Assembly (NCBI RefSeq): GCF_009914755.1
Contig: NC_060929.1
Length of the DNA: 64,000 nt
From: the human T2T-CHM13v2.0 reference genome, Homo sapiens
Reading direction: 5' to 3' (one strand)
A model generated the notes under the pieces. It was not told where the DNA came from. It searched no databases and was given only the letters and a program-made list of their open reading frames with translations. The translations under genes were made by a program, and so were the position numbers. Below are positions 1 through 13,817 of the stretch, in pieces; the first letter of the stretch is position 1, and every line of letters begins with the position of its first letter.

Positions 1-540
1 AGTATTATCAGGCCCATGTTTTACACTAACTTTAAAGTGCAATCATATAATTCCTTTAGCATGATGATCACAATCCTAGTGACAGAGGCTATGGTTTGGG
101 GGGTCTCCAACACTGCTCAGATGGGGAGAGGACATTTCCAGTTTCATGTACATGGAGAAGTCCACCAGTTAAAATACTTGAAGCCAAACACACCATTCTC
201 ATTTAATGATCTGAATTTTGCCACGAATTTACTATACTAAAACAAAGAGGAAAAATGTTTTTAAGGATAACTCATTTTTTACAGAACATGTTAAGACAAC
301 TCCTGTAGTCTCACACAAGGAAAGAAACTCACATGATTAAAAATTAAAGATTTACAAATGTGTCAGCAAATGAAAACAACTGGCATGCCCTAGAGAACCA
401 CCTCTTAAACTGATGTGGCTCATATGTACAAAAGGAATATAGCCCCCAAGTAGGCAAATAACAGATACTACTTCATCAACTGGCAATTTCTCTTTCACAG
501 GGGTTTTTCTGACCTTGTAAATAGCATTACAAAAGAAACA

Positions 541-966
541 GACTGGATAAAGAAAATGTGGTACATATACACCATGGAATACTATGCAGCCATAAAAAGG
601 AACGAGATGATGTCCTTTGCAGGGACATAGATGAAGGTGGATGCCATAATACTCAGCAAAATAACACAGGAACAGAAAACCAAACACCACATGTTCTCAT
701 ACATGGGAGTTGAACAGTGATAACACATGGACACAGCAACGGGAACAACACACACCGGGGCCTAGGGGAGGTCGGGGTTGAGGAAAGGGAGAGCATTAGG
801 ACAAATAACTAATGCATGGAGCTTAAAACCTAGATGATGGGTTGATGGGTGCAGCAAACCACCATGGCACACGTATACCTATGTAACAAATCTGTATGTT
901 TTTCACATTTATCCCAGAACTTAAAGTAAAATTTTAAAAAATAAATACATAAATTTGGGGAAAAAA
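541..966 (+). mobile_element. 5'-truncated L1PA (L1PA7-10-like) 3' end with degenerate A-tail
   Basis: GACTGGATAAAGAAAATGTGGTACATATACACCATGGAATACTATGCAGCC (end of ORF2), then the L1 3'UTR. TSD AAAAGAAACAGA(C/T)TG at 531-545 and 963-977. Confidence 0.92.
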
Positions 967-1348
967 GAAACAGATTGATTATAAATGTTCTACACATTGG
1001 CATATATTTTGTGACTCATTAAGAAATTTATATTGCAAGAATATTAAAATGCTTTATTGAAACTTATGTTTGGGATGGGTTTACTGCATTTGAGATTATG
1101 ATATTTCTGAAATAACTTTGCTCTAATTGAAGGTAACAAAAAAACCTAATGAAAATTAATTAACAGTGATTTAAGTCTAAGAACTTTATCTACAAGAATT
1201 ATTTTAGTAATGAAGTTTAACAAGTATGTTAAATAAGAATGATGGGGAGTTGCAAATAAAATGCATCTCTAGAAAATAATTTACCAGTTTCCTTTCTCAC
1301 AAAATCCTGTTTAGTCCCCTTTTAAACAATCCTTGATTTCACTAACAG

Positions 1349-1500
1349 TACAAGAGTTATGGAACAGAATTCCTCTCCATCCTCTTTTACAAACTGCATA
1401 TTCGAACATCGGGTGGGAAGGAGGTCTTGTCTCAGAACACTTTGGTATCATGGTATCTGTCACACTGCAACCTCCAATGAAAGTGAAGTTTGTCTCCATT
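1349..1500 (+). other. candidate 152-nt exon (unassigned; lncRNA or cryptic)
   Basis: CACTAACAG acceptor ending at 1348 and ATT|GTGAGT donor at 1501. Non-repeat sequence with two of three frames open. No protein recognised. Confidence 0.3.
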
Positions 1501-1583
1501 GTGAGTTACAGTAATCATTTAGCTACTCCATACATGGCAAGCAAAAATAAATAAATAGATAAACAAGGAAAATAATAAGCTCT

Positions 1584-1586
<3 letters not shown>

Positions 1587-1621
<35 letters not shown>
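1587..1621. repeat. (TG)n microsatellite, ~17 units
   Basis: Read directly from sequence. Confidence 0.98.
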
Positions 1622-1626
<5 letters not shown>

Positions 1627-2379
1627 CAAACACACATTTTCACTCCCGAGATTTTGTGATACTCTAGCTTTAACAAGAATTGTTCAGCTATTTCCCTAGC
1701 ATTAGAGGTTAAAAGATATTGAGCTTACTGACATCTAAGCTTTGGGGCTGCCACTGAGGTTATTTATTTTCAATTTTGTATCAAGTGGCAGCAACAATGC
1801 TGTGCTGTGAATTAAGTAGCTTTGATTCTCTGTTAAGTGTGAATTCAAAGCTTGAATACGGATATAAACAGCCATGATAAAGACGCAGTCCAACAGAGGT
1901 CCTGCCAATAACAGGATTTAGTTTAAATAGCTGAGTATTCAACATGAACTCTCCCTTCATTCTATATAGCAAGTAGTGACCATTGTAATTAAGAATTAAA
2001 TGTACTAACACCAGGAACTACAGGAAAATAAATTGAGATGTCAACAATAACATTTATTGTACTCCATAATTATGCAATTATTTGATTTTTATTCCCTGTC
2101 TGCATCACCAAAATATATATGCGAATAGGGCAGACATCTTGTCTTTCCTATTCATCATATATTTATAAGTAGTTAGAAGAATAATGTCTAGCACAGGGTA
2201 AGCATTTGGTAAATATATGATGGATTAAAATAGATTGAAGGATTAATGAATAAATTAATAGAAACGAATGTTTGAATGAATACTGGAATCAATTCTAGAA
2301 TGGAGATTTAATTTTTAAAGCACAATTGATATATGCTTTTTATTAATTTTATTTATAATTAATAAATAATTCAATTTAT

Positions 2380-3130
2380 TTATAATTGACACATAAGTGT
2401 ACATGTTTATGGGACAGTGTGCTGTTTCAATGCATGTATACATTGTATAATGATCATAACAGGGTATGATGTGGTTTCGATCTATGTCCCCACCCAGATC
2501 TCATGTTGAATTTTAACCCCCAGTGTTGGGGGAGGGACCTGGTGGGAGGGGACTGGATCATAGTGGTGTATTTCCCCTTTGCTGTTGTGATAGTGAGTGA
2601 GTTCTCACAAGATCTCACTCATGAGATTTGAAAGCATTTCCCAGTTCTCTCTCTTTGTCCTGCTCCGACAGGTGAAGATGTTCTTACTTCCCCTTCGGCC
2701 ATGACCGTAAGTTTCCTGAGGCCTCCAAGACATGCTTCTTGTGCAGCCTGCAGAACTGTGAGTCAATTAAACCTCTTTTCTTCATAAATTACCCAGTCTT
2801 GGGTAGTTTTTATTGCAGTGTGAGAATGAACTAATACAGATGATAATAGTCAAAATCTTCTCTTTTAGCTATTTTGAAAAATACACAGCACTGGTATTAG
2901 CTATAGTTACCCTACTGTGAAATAGAATACCAGAACTTATTCTTCCCGTCTAACAGTAACTTTGTACTCATTGACAAACTTTCTCCATCCCTCCTACTCC
3001 CTACCTCCCCAGCTTCTGGTAATCTGTGAAATCAACTCCTCTAGAATCCACAGATGAGTAAGCTCATGTGCCGTTTGTCTTTCTGTGCCTGGCTTACAAC
3101 ACTTAGCGTAATGCCCACAAGGTTCATTTG
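2380..3130 (-). mobile_element. L1MA-type 3' end, interrupted by an MST LTR
   Basis: TTTATAATTGACACATAAGTGTACATG... and ...GTTACCCTACTGTGAAATAGAATACCAGAACTTATTC... match the antisense L1MA 3'UTR on both sides of the LTR. Confidence 0.8.
2467..2838 (+). mobile_element. MaLR solo LTR (MSTA-like)
   Basis: TGATGTGGTTTCGATCTATGTCCCCACCCAGATCTCATGTTGAA ... AATTAAACCTCTTTTC ... CTAATACA; TG...CA termini. Confidence 0.9.
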
Positions 3131-3365
3131 ACTTTTTTTGCTTCCTAGTTAACAACCAACTCCAGAGACTGATTTTTTAAACTATTATAATCATAACACT
3201 TTTTAATTTGTAATTCATTCCCAGAGCAAAAAAAGAGAGAGATCTTACTATGAATAAAATAGTAAAAACAATTAAAAGTGATTAAAACAAATACTCATTT
3301 CACATTAGCTGAAAAGTAAAAGCTAGAGACTGTTCATGTCAGAGATCAGGTGGCATGGGTAACCA

Positions 3366-3845
3366 TATTTATTTCCTCAGGCCACCATAAAAAGTACCAC
3401 AAACTACACGGCCTACAACTACAGAAGGATATTCTATCATAGTTCTGGAGGCTAGAAATTCAAAATCAAGGTGTCAGCAGGGTAGTTCCTCTGGAAATTC
3501 GAGTTAGAATCTGTTCCATGCTTCTCTCCTAGCTTCTGGTGGCTGCCTACAGCTCTTAGTGTTACCCGGCTTGGAGCCTCATGTGTGATTTCAATCTCTG
3601 CCTCTTTCTTCCTATGGCCTCTTCTCTGTGCCTCTGCGTCTCTGTGTCTCAAATCTTCTTCCCTCTCTCTTATAGAGACACCAGTCGTTAGATTGAGTGT
3701 CCACCCTAAATCCAAAATGATCTTATCTCAAAATCCTTAACTTAATTACACCTACAAAGACTATTTCCAAATAAGGTCGTATTCACAGAAACCAGGCTTA
3801 GGAATAGGACATATCTCTTTGAGAAACACAGTTCAACCTATGACA
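3366..3845 (-). mobile_element. MaLR solo LTR (MLT1B/C-like)
   Basis: AGTTCTGGAGGCTAGAAATTCAAAATCAAGGTGTCAGCAGGG ... CCAAATAAGGTCGTATTCACAG ... ACACAGTTCAACCTATGACA. Confidence 0.85.
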
Positions 3846-4100
3846 GTAACTTTCAGGTACTGGCCAATGGAAGCCAATACCAATACTTTCCAGAACGACA
3901 CATTCAGTTTGAGTTCACCTTATTTCCCCATACTGGTCTCTGAATGGAGTGCTCTAACCCCTCCACATATAGGTTCAGAGGCACTTCAATCCCAGAATAA
4001 TCCTGTTTGGCTCTTCCTTTTCAATTGAATTCCTGTCTGTGAACTCCTGTTACATGGTCATCTGGAAAAATGACCACCTGCCTTCTCAGCCCCCAAGTGA

Positions 4101-4787
<687 letters not shown>

Positions 4788-5424
4788 GGATCTGAATTTT
4801 TCTAATGTTTTCCTAGAACTGTCCTGCCTTCTGTCCAGTAATTCTCACTAGTAATTTTACTGCTTTTTCCCCAGGAACATTGCAGTGGGATAATATCATA
4901 TTTTCCCCAAAATGCAGTCAGCATTATTTTATTTCAAGTTTAATATAGATAATATTGCTGGCCCTGTAGAACTTTTAGGACAATAAAAGTTGCTCTAACA
5001 TACAGTTCTTGGAGTTTTGTGAGAAATAGTTTTTCTTTTTATAGGCACCATGTTTTTCCAGATATTACATTGAACCTGAGAGGGACCTGGCTTTCCATCC
5101 CAAGAAAGCCACTAACAGGCTTTGTCAGCTCAAACCATGGGGAACTTAGCTTCCTCCATCCAAATAAACCAGCACAGGTCTTAAATTCATCTGAACTGTA
5201 AAAAAGGTACAGTTATAATGGTTAAAGAGAGCCTAATATTAAAAAAAGAAAATAGAATTGCAATAGAAATCTGCTAGCTCTAGAAAGTAGCAGACATTAG
5301 TGATTTCATGTTGATACCTAATGCTGTAACACACACTGTGTCACCAAATTGAAAAAACGGCCTCTGTGAAAGCAGAGATCACAAATGCTGATAGTCTGTC
5401 AGACTTCTAAAATTAATAATTTCA

Positions 5425-5680
5425 TATCAAATCTAAATTTCCAGCTTCTCTTGAAAAATCAGAAACTCTCCAGCACTAATCATGTGTGCCCACAAGCCAT
5501 CAAACAACTGGTGTTAAGTTGCTGGTGCTCACTTTAGATAGGGAATGGGGTTTCCATTTTGCACAGTCCCCACCATTCCCCCTTATTTCCCTAAACTGAG
5601 GTTGCAAATCAGTGGTTATGCCTGTGCTGTTTTTCCTATACCAGGCCTGTTTCAGGCATTTACAACACGAACCTGTCCTC
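5425..5680. mobile_element. hAT-Charlie MITE relic (MER102-like)
   Basis: AAATCTAAATTTCCAGCTTCTCTTGAAAAATCAGAAAC resembles the recalled MER102 consensus. Confidence 0.45.
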
Positions 5681-8600
5681 TAGAAGAATTGTAATTTGCA
5701 ACTTATGGTGCAACATATCCTTAGACTTCCTCTAAACGAAAGTATGTTTGTATTGGTTGGCAGGCATTTTCTGTGGAAAAAAAAAATAGGTCTTTCAGAA
5801 CGGAGACTTCTAGAGGCAGAAAAGACCTTGATTGTGAGCCTTTGCTCTATTCGGTAGCTATTGAATTGTGGATTTACTAGGTGCCGGGAACTGCGTAATT
5901 TTTGTAACACAAAAATTCTACCCATGAAGACCTCAATAGTACTCTGAAAGGACAATGCAGGTGTGGGGAATAGTAAGCATTCAGTTTTTCTTGCTTTCTT
6001 TTTCTTTTTCTTACATTTATAAACCTTTATTGGATTTAGATTCTTAAAAATAATACCTGCAGGTATTATTTTAATAACACAGAAGCTTATAAAACAATTA
6101 CAAAATAAACATAAAAGCCCTTTTTTCCCTCAATCTCACTCCTTTCTTATAGCGCTTCCTCTCTAAGCTGAGCTTCTCCCATTTTTTGTGCAAGACTGTA
6201 ACAATTGTTGAAAGATCTCTAAATCGCTTTGGAAATAAATTTTGTGATATATACTTACCATTGTATGAATTTGAGATTAGCTATCTTCTTCCATGTTGTA
6301 GAAGACGAAGAACATGTCTTTTGGGAAACTTCTATGTAAGAGCCCATTTAGGTTTTTGCAGACTTGAAAGATCAGGCAGGATCAATTGATCTGTTTGCAA
6401 TGCAATACCTCAAGCTGACCAAGGATAAAATCTCATAGAAGAAAAGCAAATTAAATCAATTTTCATCTGTTCCTTAGCTAAATATTGCTAATAGCAGGCT
6501 TTTCATACTTCTTCAACTCCCTTAGCTGCTTTTGAGATTTTTCCATTCCAGGACAGAAGAAAAATGAAACAGAACCTATAATCATAACTCAAAATGAAGC
6601 CCAGTCCCCTTTCCCACATGAGAAAAATAAAACAGGGGAAGGAGGGAGAAACAACAAATATGCAACATGTTGGGATAACTAGATGATATTATAATCAGTT
6701 TTTTAAGAATTTATCAAGATATCATCAAAGCAATATATTTCCTCTCCTCTTATGTGAATATTAATAGATATTTAATATGGTGTAAACATTGTATAGTTAT
6801 GTAGTTTTCCAGACAGCAACAATAGTTAGAATTGCAAAATTTGCTTGCACAGGCAACTTGTATGATGAGGTAAGACAACTTGTATGATGTCTAAATATAT
6901 TACTTTACTGATTGGGTAGCGTGTTCTTCAACTGATGGAGAGAATATTAGTTTTATAACCTGATAGCAACTTAGGTCAAAAAATTGAGAGTTTTTAAACC
7001 ACTGAAATGGTCTCTGACTTTATCAATATCCCTTTAACCTTTGCTGGGAAAGCTATACGATTCCTCACAATCTAGAGAGTTTCCATTAGAGTCAGCCTTT
7101 GCCTTGAGACTTCTCCTGGAAAGTATCTGACTTTCTCTCCTATTAATTCTAAATGAACTTTGCTGATGAGAGAGATTATAAAGATGACCACTATTTGTCA
7201 TGGTAATCAAAAATTTCATCTCGGTCCGCAAATTCCTGAATCAAATATCAGCTGTTTACAATAGCCATCCACTGGTCAAGTAATTACTATACTAATTCTA
7301 GTTACTTTATGTGTCAAACTCCAAATACAAAATATATATTCAGCCTTAGTATTCTTTTTAAGTAAACAAAGATCAAACTCTAGTGTGTGGAACTCCTTGG
7401 AGATGAAATCTGCAATTTTTAAAAACATCAAAAAATAAGATAGATTGATGGATGGCCAGAGGGATGATGTGTGTGTGTTTACATATATATATATGAAAAT
7501 ATAGCAAAACCTTAATTGCAGAATCTAGGTTGTGGATAAACGGGTTTTCATTGTACAATTCTTTTGGCTTTTCAGTAAACAATTAGCAGAGATAGGCTAG
7601 TTATTTCTATTGAAACATCCTTGCTATTTACTCTGAAATCTAGGAACTTTTCAAGACATAAGAACTACAGTTATGAGGTAAGAGCCCTGACCTCTAAAAG
7701 CTGCCTCTTTTGTGAATATAAAGATTTACATTGAAAAACGATAAAAAATATAATTTATAAAACTTGAGAAAATAAAATTAACTTTAATTACTTCTTTATT
7801 AATTGCACAGCAGAAGTAAAACAATTAACTTTTCATCAAATTGCTTCTTTTTAATTTTTTTTTCTTCCAACTTCTATTTTACGTTCAAGGGGCCCATGTG
7901 CAGGTTTGCTGCATGGGTAAATTGTATGTCACTGGTTTTGGCTCACAAATTATTGCATCGCCCAGGTATTAAACATAGTACTCAATATATAGGCTTTTTT
8001 CTTATCCTCACCCTCTTCCACCCTCCACCCTCAAGTAGACTCTGGTGTCTATTGTTCCCTTCTTTGTGTCCATGTGTTCTCCATGTTTAGCTCCCACTTG
8101 TAAATGACAACCTGTGACATTTGGTTTTCTGATCTTGTGTTAATTTGCTTAAGAAAATGGCATCCACCTCCATCCATGCTGCTGCAAAGGACATGGTTTT
8201 GTTCTTTTTAATGGCTGCATAGTATTCCATGGTGTATATGTGCCATATTTTCTTTATCAGATCCGCTATTGGTGGGCTTCTAGGTTGATTCCGTGTCTTT
8301 GCTATTGTGAGAAGTGCCATGATGAACATACACATGCATGTGTCTTTCTGGTAGAATGATTTCTGTTCCTTTGGGTATATACCCCGTAATGAGATTGCTG
8401 GGCCAGATGGTAGTTGTTTTTAGTTCTTTGAGAAATCTCCAAATGGCTTTCCACAATGAACTAATGAACTAGTTTACATTCTAGCCAATTTGTAAGCATT
8501 CTCTTTTCTCAGAAACCCTGCCAGCCTCTGTTATTTTTTTAATAGCCATTCTTACTGGTATGAGATGGTATCTCATTGTGATTTTGATTTGCATTTCTCT

Positions 8601-10851
8601 AATGATTAGCGATGTTGAGCACTTTTTCGTATGCTTATTGGCTGAATGTATGTCTTTAAGAAGTATTTGTTCACATCCTTTGCTCATTTTTTAATGGGGT
8701 GGCTTGCTTTTTGTTTGTTCATTTGTATAAATTCCTTACAGATTCTGGATATTAGACCTTTGATGCACTGCTTGTGAATATTTTCTCCCATTCTGTAGGG
8801 TGTCTGTTTATACTGTTGATAGTTTCTTTTGATGTGCAGAAGCTCTTGGGTTTAATTAGGTCTCACTTATAAATTTTTGTTTTTGTTGCAATTGCTTTTG
8901 GAGTGTTCATCAGGAAATCTTTGCCAGGGCCTATTTCTAGAATGGAATCTCTTAGGTTTTCTTCTGGAGTTTTTTATAGTTTTAGATTTTACATTTAAGT
9001 CTTTAACCCATCTTGAGTTGATTTTTGTAAATGGTAAAAGGAAGGGCTCCAGTTTTAATCTTCTGCATATTGCTAATCAGTTATCACAGCACAATATATT
9101 AAAGAAAGACACATTTCCCCATTGCTTGTTATTTTCAACTTTGTCACAGATCAGATGGTTATAGGAGTGCAGCTTTATGTCTGGGTTCCATAACCTGTTC
9201 CTTCGGTCTATGTGTCTGGTTTTGTACCAGTACTAAACTGTTTCAGTTCCTGTAGCCTTGTAGTATACTTTGAAGTCAAGTAGTGTAATGCCTCCAGCTT
9301 TGTTCTTTTTGCTTAGGAATTCTTTAGTTATTCAGGCTCTTTATTGGTTCCATATGAAATGTGGAATAGTTTTTTCTAATTCTGTGATGAATGTCATGGG
9401 TAGTTTGATAGAAATAGCATTGAATCTGTAAATCGCTTTGGGCAGTATGGCCATTTTAAAAACTTTCTTTCTTCCTGTCCATGAACATGGAATGTTTTTC
9501 CATTTGTTTGTGTAGTCTCTGATTCTTTCAACAGTGTTTTGTGATTTCCATTGTAGATATCTTTCACCTCCCTGGTTAGCTGTATTCCTGGGTGTTTTAT
9601 CTTATTTTATTTTGTTTTATTTTTTGTGGCTATTGAGAATGGGATTGTATTCTTGATTTGCCTCTCAGCTTAGACGTTGTTGGTGTATAAAAACGTTACT
9701 GATTTTTGTACAGTGATTTTGTATCCTGAAACTTTGCCTAAGATAGTTATCAGATCTAAGAGCACTGGGGCAGGGACTATAGGACTTCCTAGGTATAGGA
9801 TCATATTATCTGCAAACAGCGATAGTTTGACTTCCTCTTGTCCTGTCTTCCCATTTGAGTACCTGGTATTTTATTTCTCTTTCCTGCATGATTTTTCTGG
9901 CTAGGACTTCCAGAACTATGTTGGATAGGAGGGTTGAGAGTGGGCATCCTTATCTTTTTCTTGTTCTCAAAGGGGAGTTCTTTCAGCTTTTGTCCATTCA
10001 GTATAATGCTGGCTGTGGGTTTGTCATAGCTAGCTCTTATTATTTGGAGATATGTTCCTTTGATACCCAGTTTGCTGAGGATTTTCAACATGAAGGGATG
10101 TTGAAGTTTATTGAAAGCCTTTTTTGCATCTGTTTATATGATCATGTAATTTTTATTCTTAGTTCTGTTTACATAATGAATCACATTTATTGATTTGCAT
10201 ATGTTGAACGAACCTTGCATCCCAGAAATAAAGCCTACGTGACCATGATGGATTAGCATTTTGATGTGCTGCCGGATTTGGTTTGCTAGTATTTTCTTGA
10301 GGATTTTTGCATCTATGTTAATCAGGTATATTGGCCTAGAGTTTTTTTGTTTGTTGTGTTTCTGCCAAGTTATGGTATTAGAATGATGCTGGCTTCATAG
10401 AATAAATTAGGAAGGAATCCTCCCTCTTCAATTTTTTGGAATAGTTTCAGAAGGATTGGTACCAGTTCTTTATATATCTGGTAGAATTCAGCTGTGAATC
10501 TGTCTGGTCCAGGGCTTTTTCTGTTTGCTAAGCTTTTTATTACTGATTAAATTTCAGAACTCATTAATTTTAGAACCAAGGTTTCTATTTCTTCTTGATT
10601 CAATCTTGAGAGGGTGTACATTTCCAGGGATTTTTCCATTTCTCCTAGGTTTTCCAGTTTGCAAGCACAGAGGTGTCTGTAATAGTCTCACAAGGTTGCT
10701 TTTATTTTAATTTCTTTGGGGTCAGTGGTAATATTCTCCGTGTCATTTCTCATTGTGTTTATTTGGATCTTCTCTCTTTTTTATTAGTCTAGTAGTGGTC
10801 TATGAATCCTTTCAAAAATCTAACCTTTTGTTTCACTGCTCTTTTGTATGG

Positions 10852-11165
<314 letters not shown>

Positions 11166-11958
11166 TGACATCTCTATTTCATTCTCTTCAGCTCTGATTT
11201 TGGTTATTTGTTGTCTTCTGCTAGCTTTGGGCTGCTTTGCTCTTGTTTTTCTAGCTCCTCTAGGTGTGATGCTACTTTGAGATCTTTCTAACTTTTTGAT
11301 GTGGACCTTTAGCACTATAATCTTTCCTTTTATTAATAACATTGCTTTAGCTGTGTCCCAGACGTTGTTATTTTATATCTTTCATTAGCCTCAAAGAGTT
11401 TCTTGATTTCTTCCTTAATTTCATCGTTTACCCAAAGCCATTCAGGTCTAGATAGTTTAATATCCATGTAATTGTATGGTTGGTTTTCAGAGATCTTCTT
11501 GGTATTGATTTCTATTTTTATTGTGCTGTTACCTGAGACTGTGGTTGATATAATTTTGGTGTTTTTTTTTTTCAAATTGTTGAGAATTGCCTTATGGCCA
11601 ACCATGTGGTTGATTTTAAAGTATGTGTCATATGCACATGAGAAGAATGTACATTCTGATGTTGTTGGGTGGAGTGTCCCATACATGTCTGTCAGGTCCA
11701 TTTGGTCAAGTGTCAAGTTAAGGTCCCAAATATCTTCGTTAGTTTTCTGCTTGGATAAGCTATCTAATAATATCAGTGGGGTGTTGAAACCTGTCACTAT
11801 TATTGTGTGGTTATCTAAATCTCTTTATATGTCTATAAGAGCTTGTTTTATGAATCTGGGTGCTCCAGTATTGGATGCAAATATGTTTAGAATAGTTAAG
11901 TCTTCTTGTTGAATTGAACATCATGATGTAATTCCCTTGTCCTTTTCATTGTTGTTTA

Positions 11959-12441
11959 TAGAAAAAAAAAGGTGCAGCTGGCTGCCAGCGCTTATTTAAT
12001 TTTATGTAAACATGCTCTTTGAGGCTGAAGCAAATCTGACTGATTTTCAATGTGAAAATAAAACATAAAACTGGTATTGGAGTTATTTTTAAACAGAACT
12101 AACATCAGAATCGTCTTTTTCAAAAAAAATCAGATTCATCCAATGAATCTTGGGCCAACCACTGTTCAAGAACAATATTTATATCACACGTAGAAATGCT
12201 ACATTTTCTAAGATTTGACATTTTCAGTGATCAAGAATTACTATATTTTATAAATAGGAAATATCACTGCTAAAAACAGAATGCTATAAATAGAATGATG
12301 TCTTTTGTTTCCAAAGTTGATATACTAGAGTGATGTGAAATAATAATACAAGTAAGTTATTTCATGGCAAAAGTGTCTCAGAGTAAACACTGTAGCCGCA
12401 AGTGCCACCAGCATGTGTTCTCGGGGCAAACAGGAAAAGGG
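11959..12441 (-). mobile_element. MER75 piggyBac non-autonomous element nested in L1
   Basis: Ends ...CTCGGGGCAAACAGGAAAAGGG|TTAA (piggyBac terminus plus TTAA target, 12442-12445). Internal GAGGCTGAAGCAAATCTGACTGATTTTCAATGTG and CAGAACTAACATCAGAATCGTC match recalled MER75. L1 resumes at TTAAAGTCTGTTTT. Confidence 0.9.
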
Positions 12442-13510
12442 TTAAAGTCTGTTTTTTCTGAAATAAGAATAGCAACCCCTGCTTTATTTTTTGTTTTCTT
12501 TCTTTTTTAATAGGTCTTTCTCCATCACTTTATTTTGAGCCTGTTGGTGTCACTGCACATGAGATAGGTCTCATAAAGACACCATACATTTTGGTCTTGC
12601 TTCTTTATCCAACTTGCAACACTATGCCTTCTAAAGTGGGGCATTTAGCCCACGTACATTCAAGATTAATATTTATATGTGTGAATCTGATCCTGTCATT
12701 GTGTTGTTAGCTGGTTGCTATGTAGATTTAATTGTATAGTTGCCTTATAGTGTCAATGGTCTATGATCTTAAGTGTGTTTTTGTGGTGACTGGTACTGGT
12801 CTTTTGTTCCGATGTTTAGTACATCCTTAAGGACCATGTATAAGGTAGATCTTGTGGTAAAAAAAATTCCCTTAGCATTTGCTTGTCTGAAAAAAAATTT
12901 TATTTCTCCTTTGTTTATGAAGCTTAGTTTGGCTAGATATGAAATTCTTGATTGGAATTTCTTTTTTTTTTTTTTTTTTTTGGTGCAGAATACAGGTCCT
13001 CAGTGTCTCCTGGCTTGTAGTGTTTGTGCTGAAATGTCTGCTATTTGCATGATGGGGTTCCCTTTGTAGGTTACCTGCTCCTTCTCTCTAGCTGCCTTTA
13101 ATATTTTTTGTGTGTGTTGACCGTGGAGAATCTGATAACTATGTGCTTTCAGGATCATTGCCTTGTATTATATCTCACAGGGATTCTCTGAGTTTCCTGA
13201 ATTTGCATGTTGACTTATCTAGCAAAGTTGGGGACATTTTTGTGAAGAATACCCTCAAATATGTTTTCCAAGTTGCTTGCCCTCTCTCTCTCTCTCCCTT
13301 TCCTTCAGGGATGCCAGTGAATCCAATGAGTTACAGGTTTGGCCTCTTTACATAATCTCATATTGTTCAGAGATTTCATTCATTTTTTAAAGTATTTTTT
13401 CTTTTTTTTTTCTGACTGAGTTAATTCAAAGAACTTGTCTCTTAGAGCTCTGATATTCTTTCCTCAGCTTGGTCTATTCTGTTGTCAATACTTCAGGTTA
13501 TATTATAAGG

Positions 13511-13817
13511 TTCTTTTTTTTTTACTTGAGACAGGGTTTTGCCCTGTCACCCAGGCTGGAGTACCATGGTGCCATCACGGCTCACTGCAACCTTGACCTT
13601 CCAGGCTCAAGTGATCTTCCCACCTCAGCCTCCTAAGTAGCTGGGACTACAGGTGCATGCCACCATGCTCAGCTAATTTTTGTACATTTTATACAGATTC
13701 ATTTTCACCATGTTTTCCAGGCTGGTTTTGAACTCCTGGGCTCAAATGATCTTCCCATCCTCCCACCTCAGCTTCCCAAAGTACTAGGATTAGAGCTGTG
13801 AGCCACTGCACCTGACA
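13511..13817 (-). mobile_element. AluJ nested in L1
   Basis: GAGACAGGG..., GGCTCAAGTGATCTTCCCACCTCAGCC and CTCCTGGGCTCAA are AluJ diagnostics; highly diverged. Confidence 0.9.
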
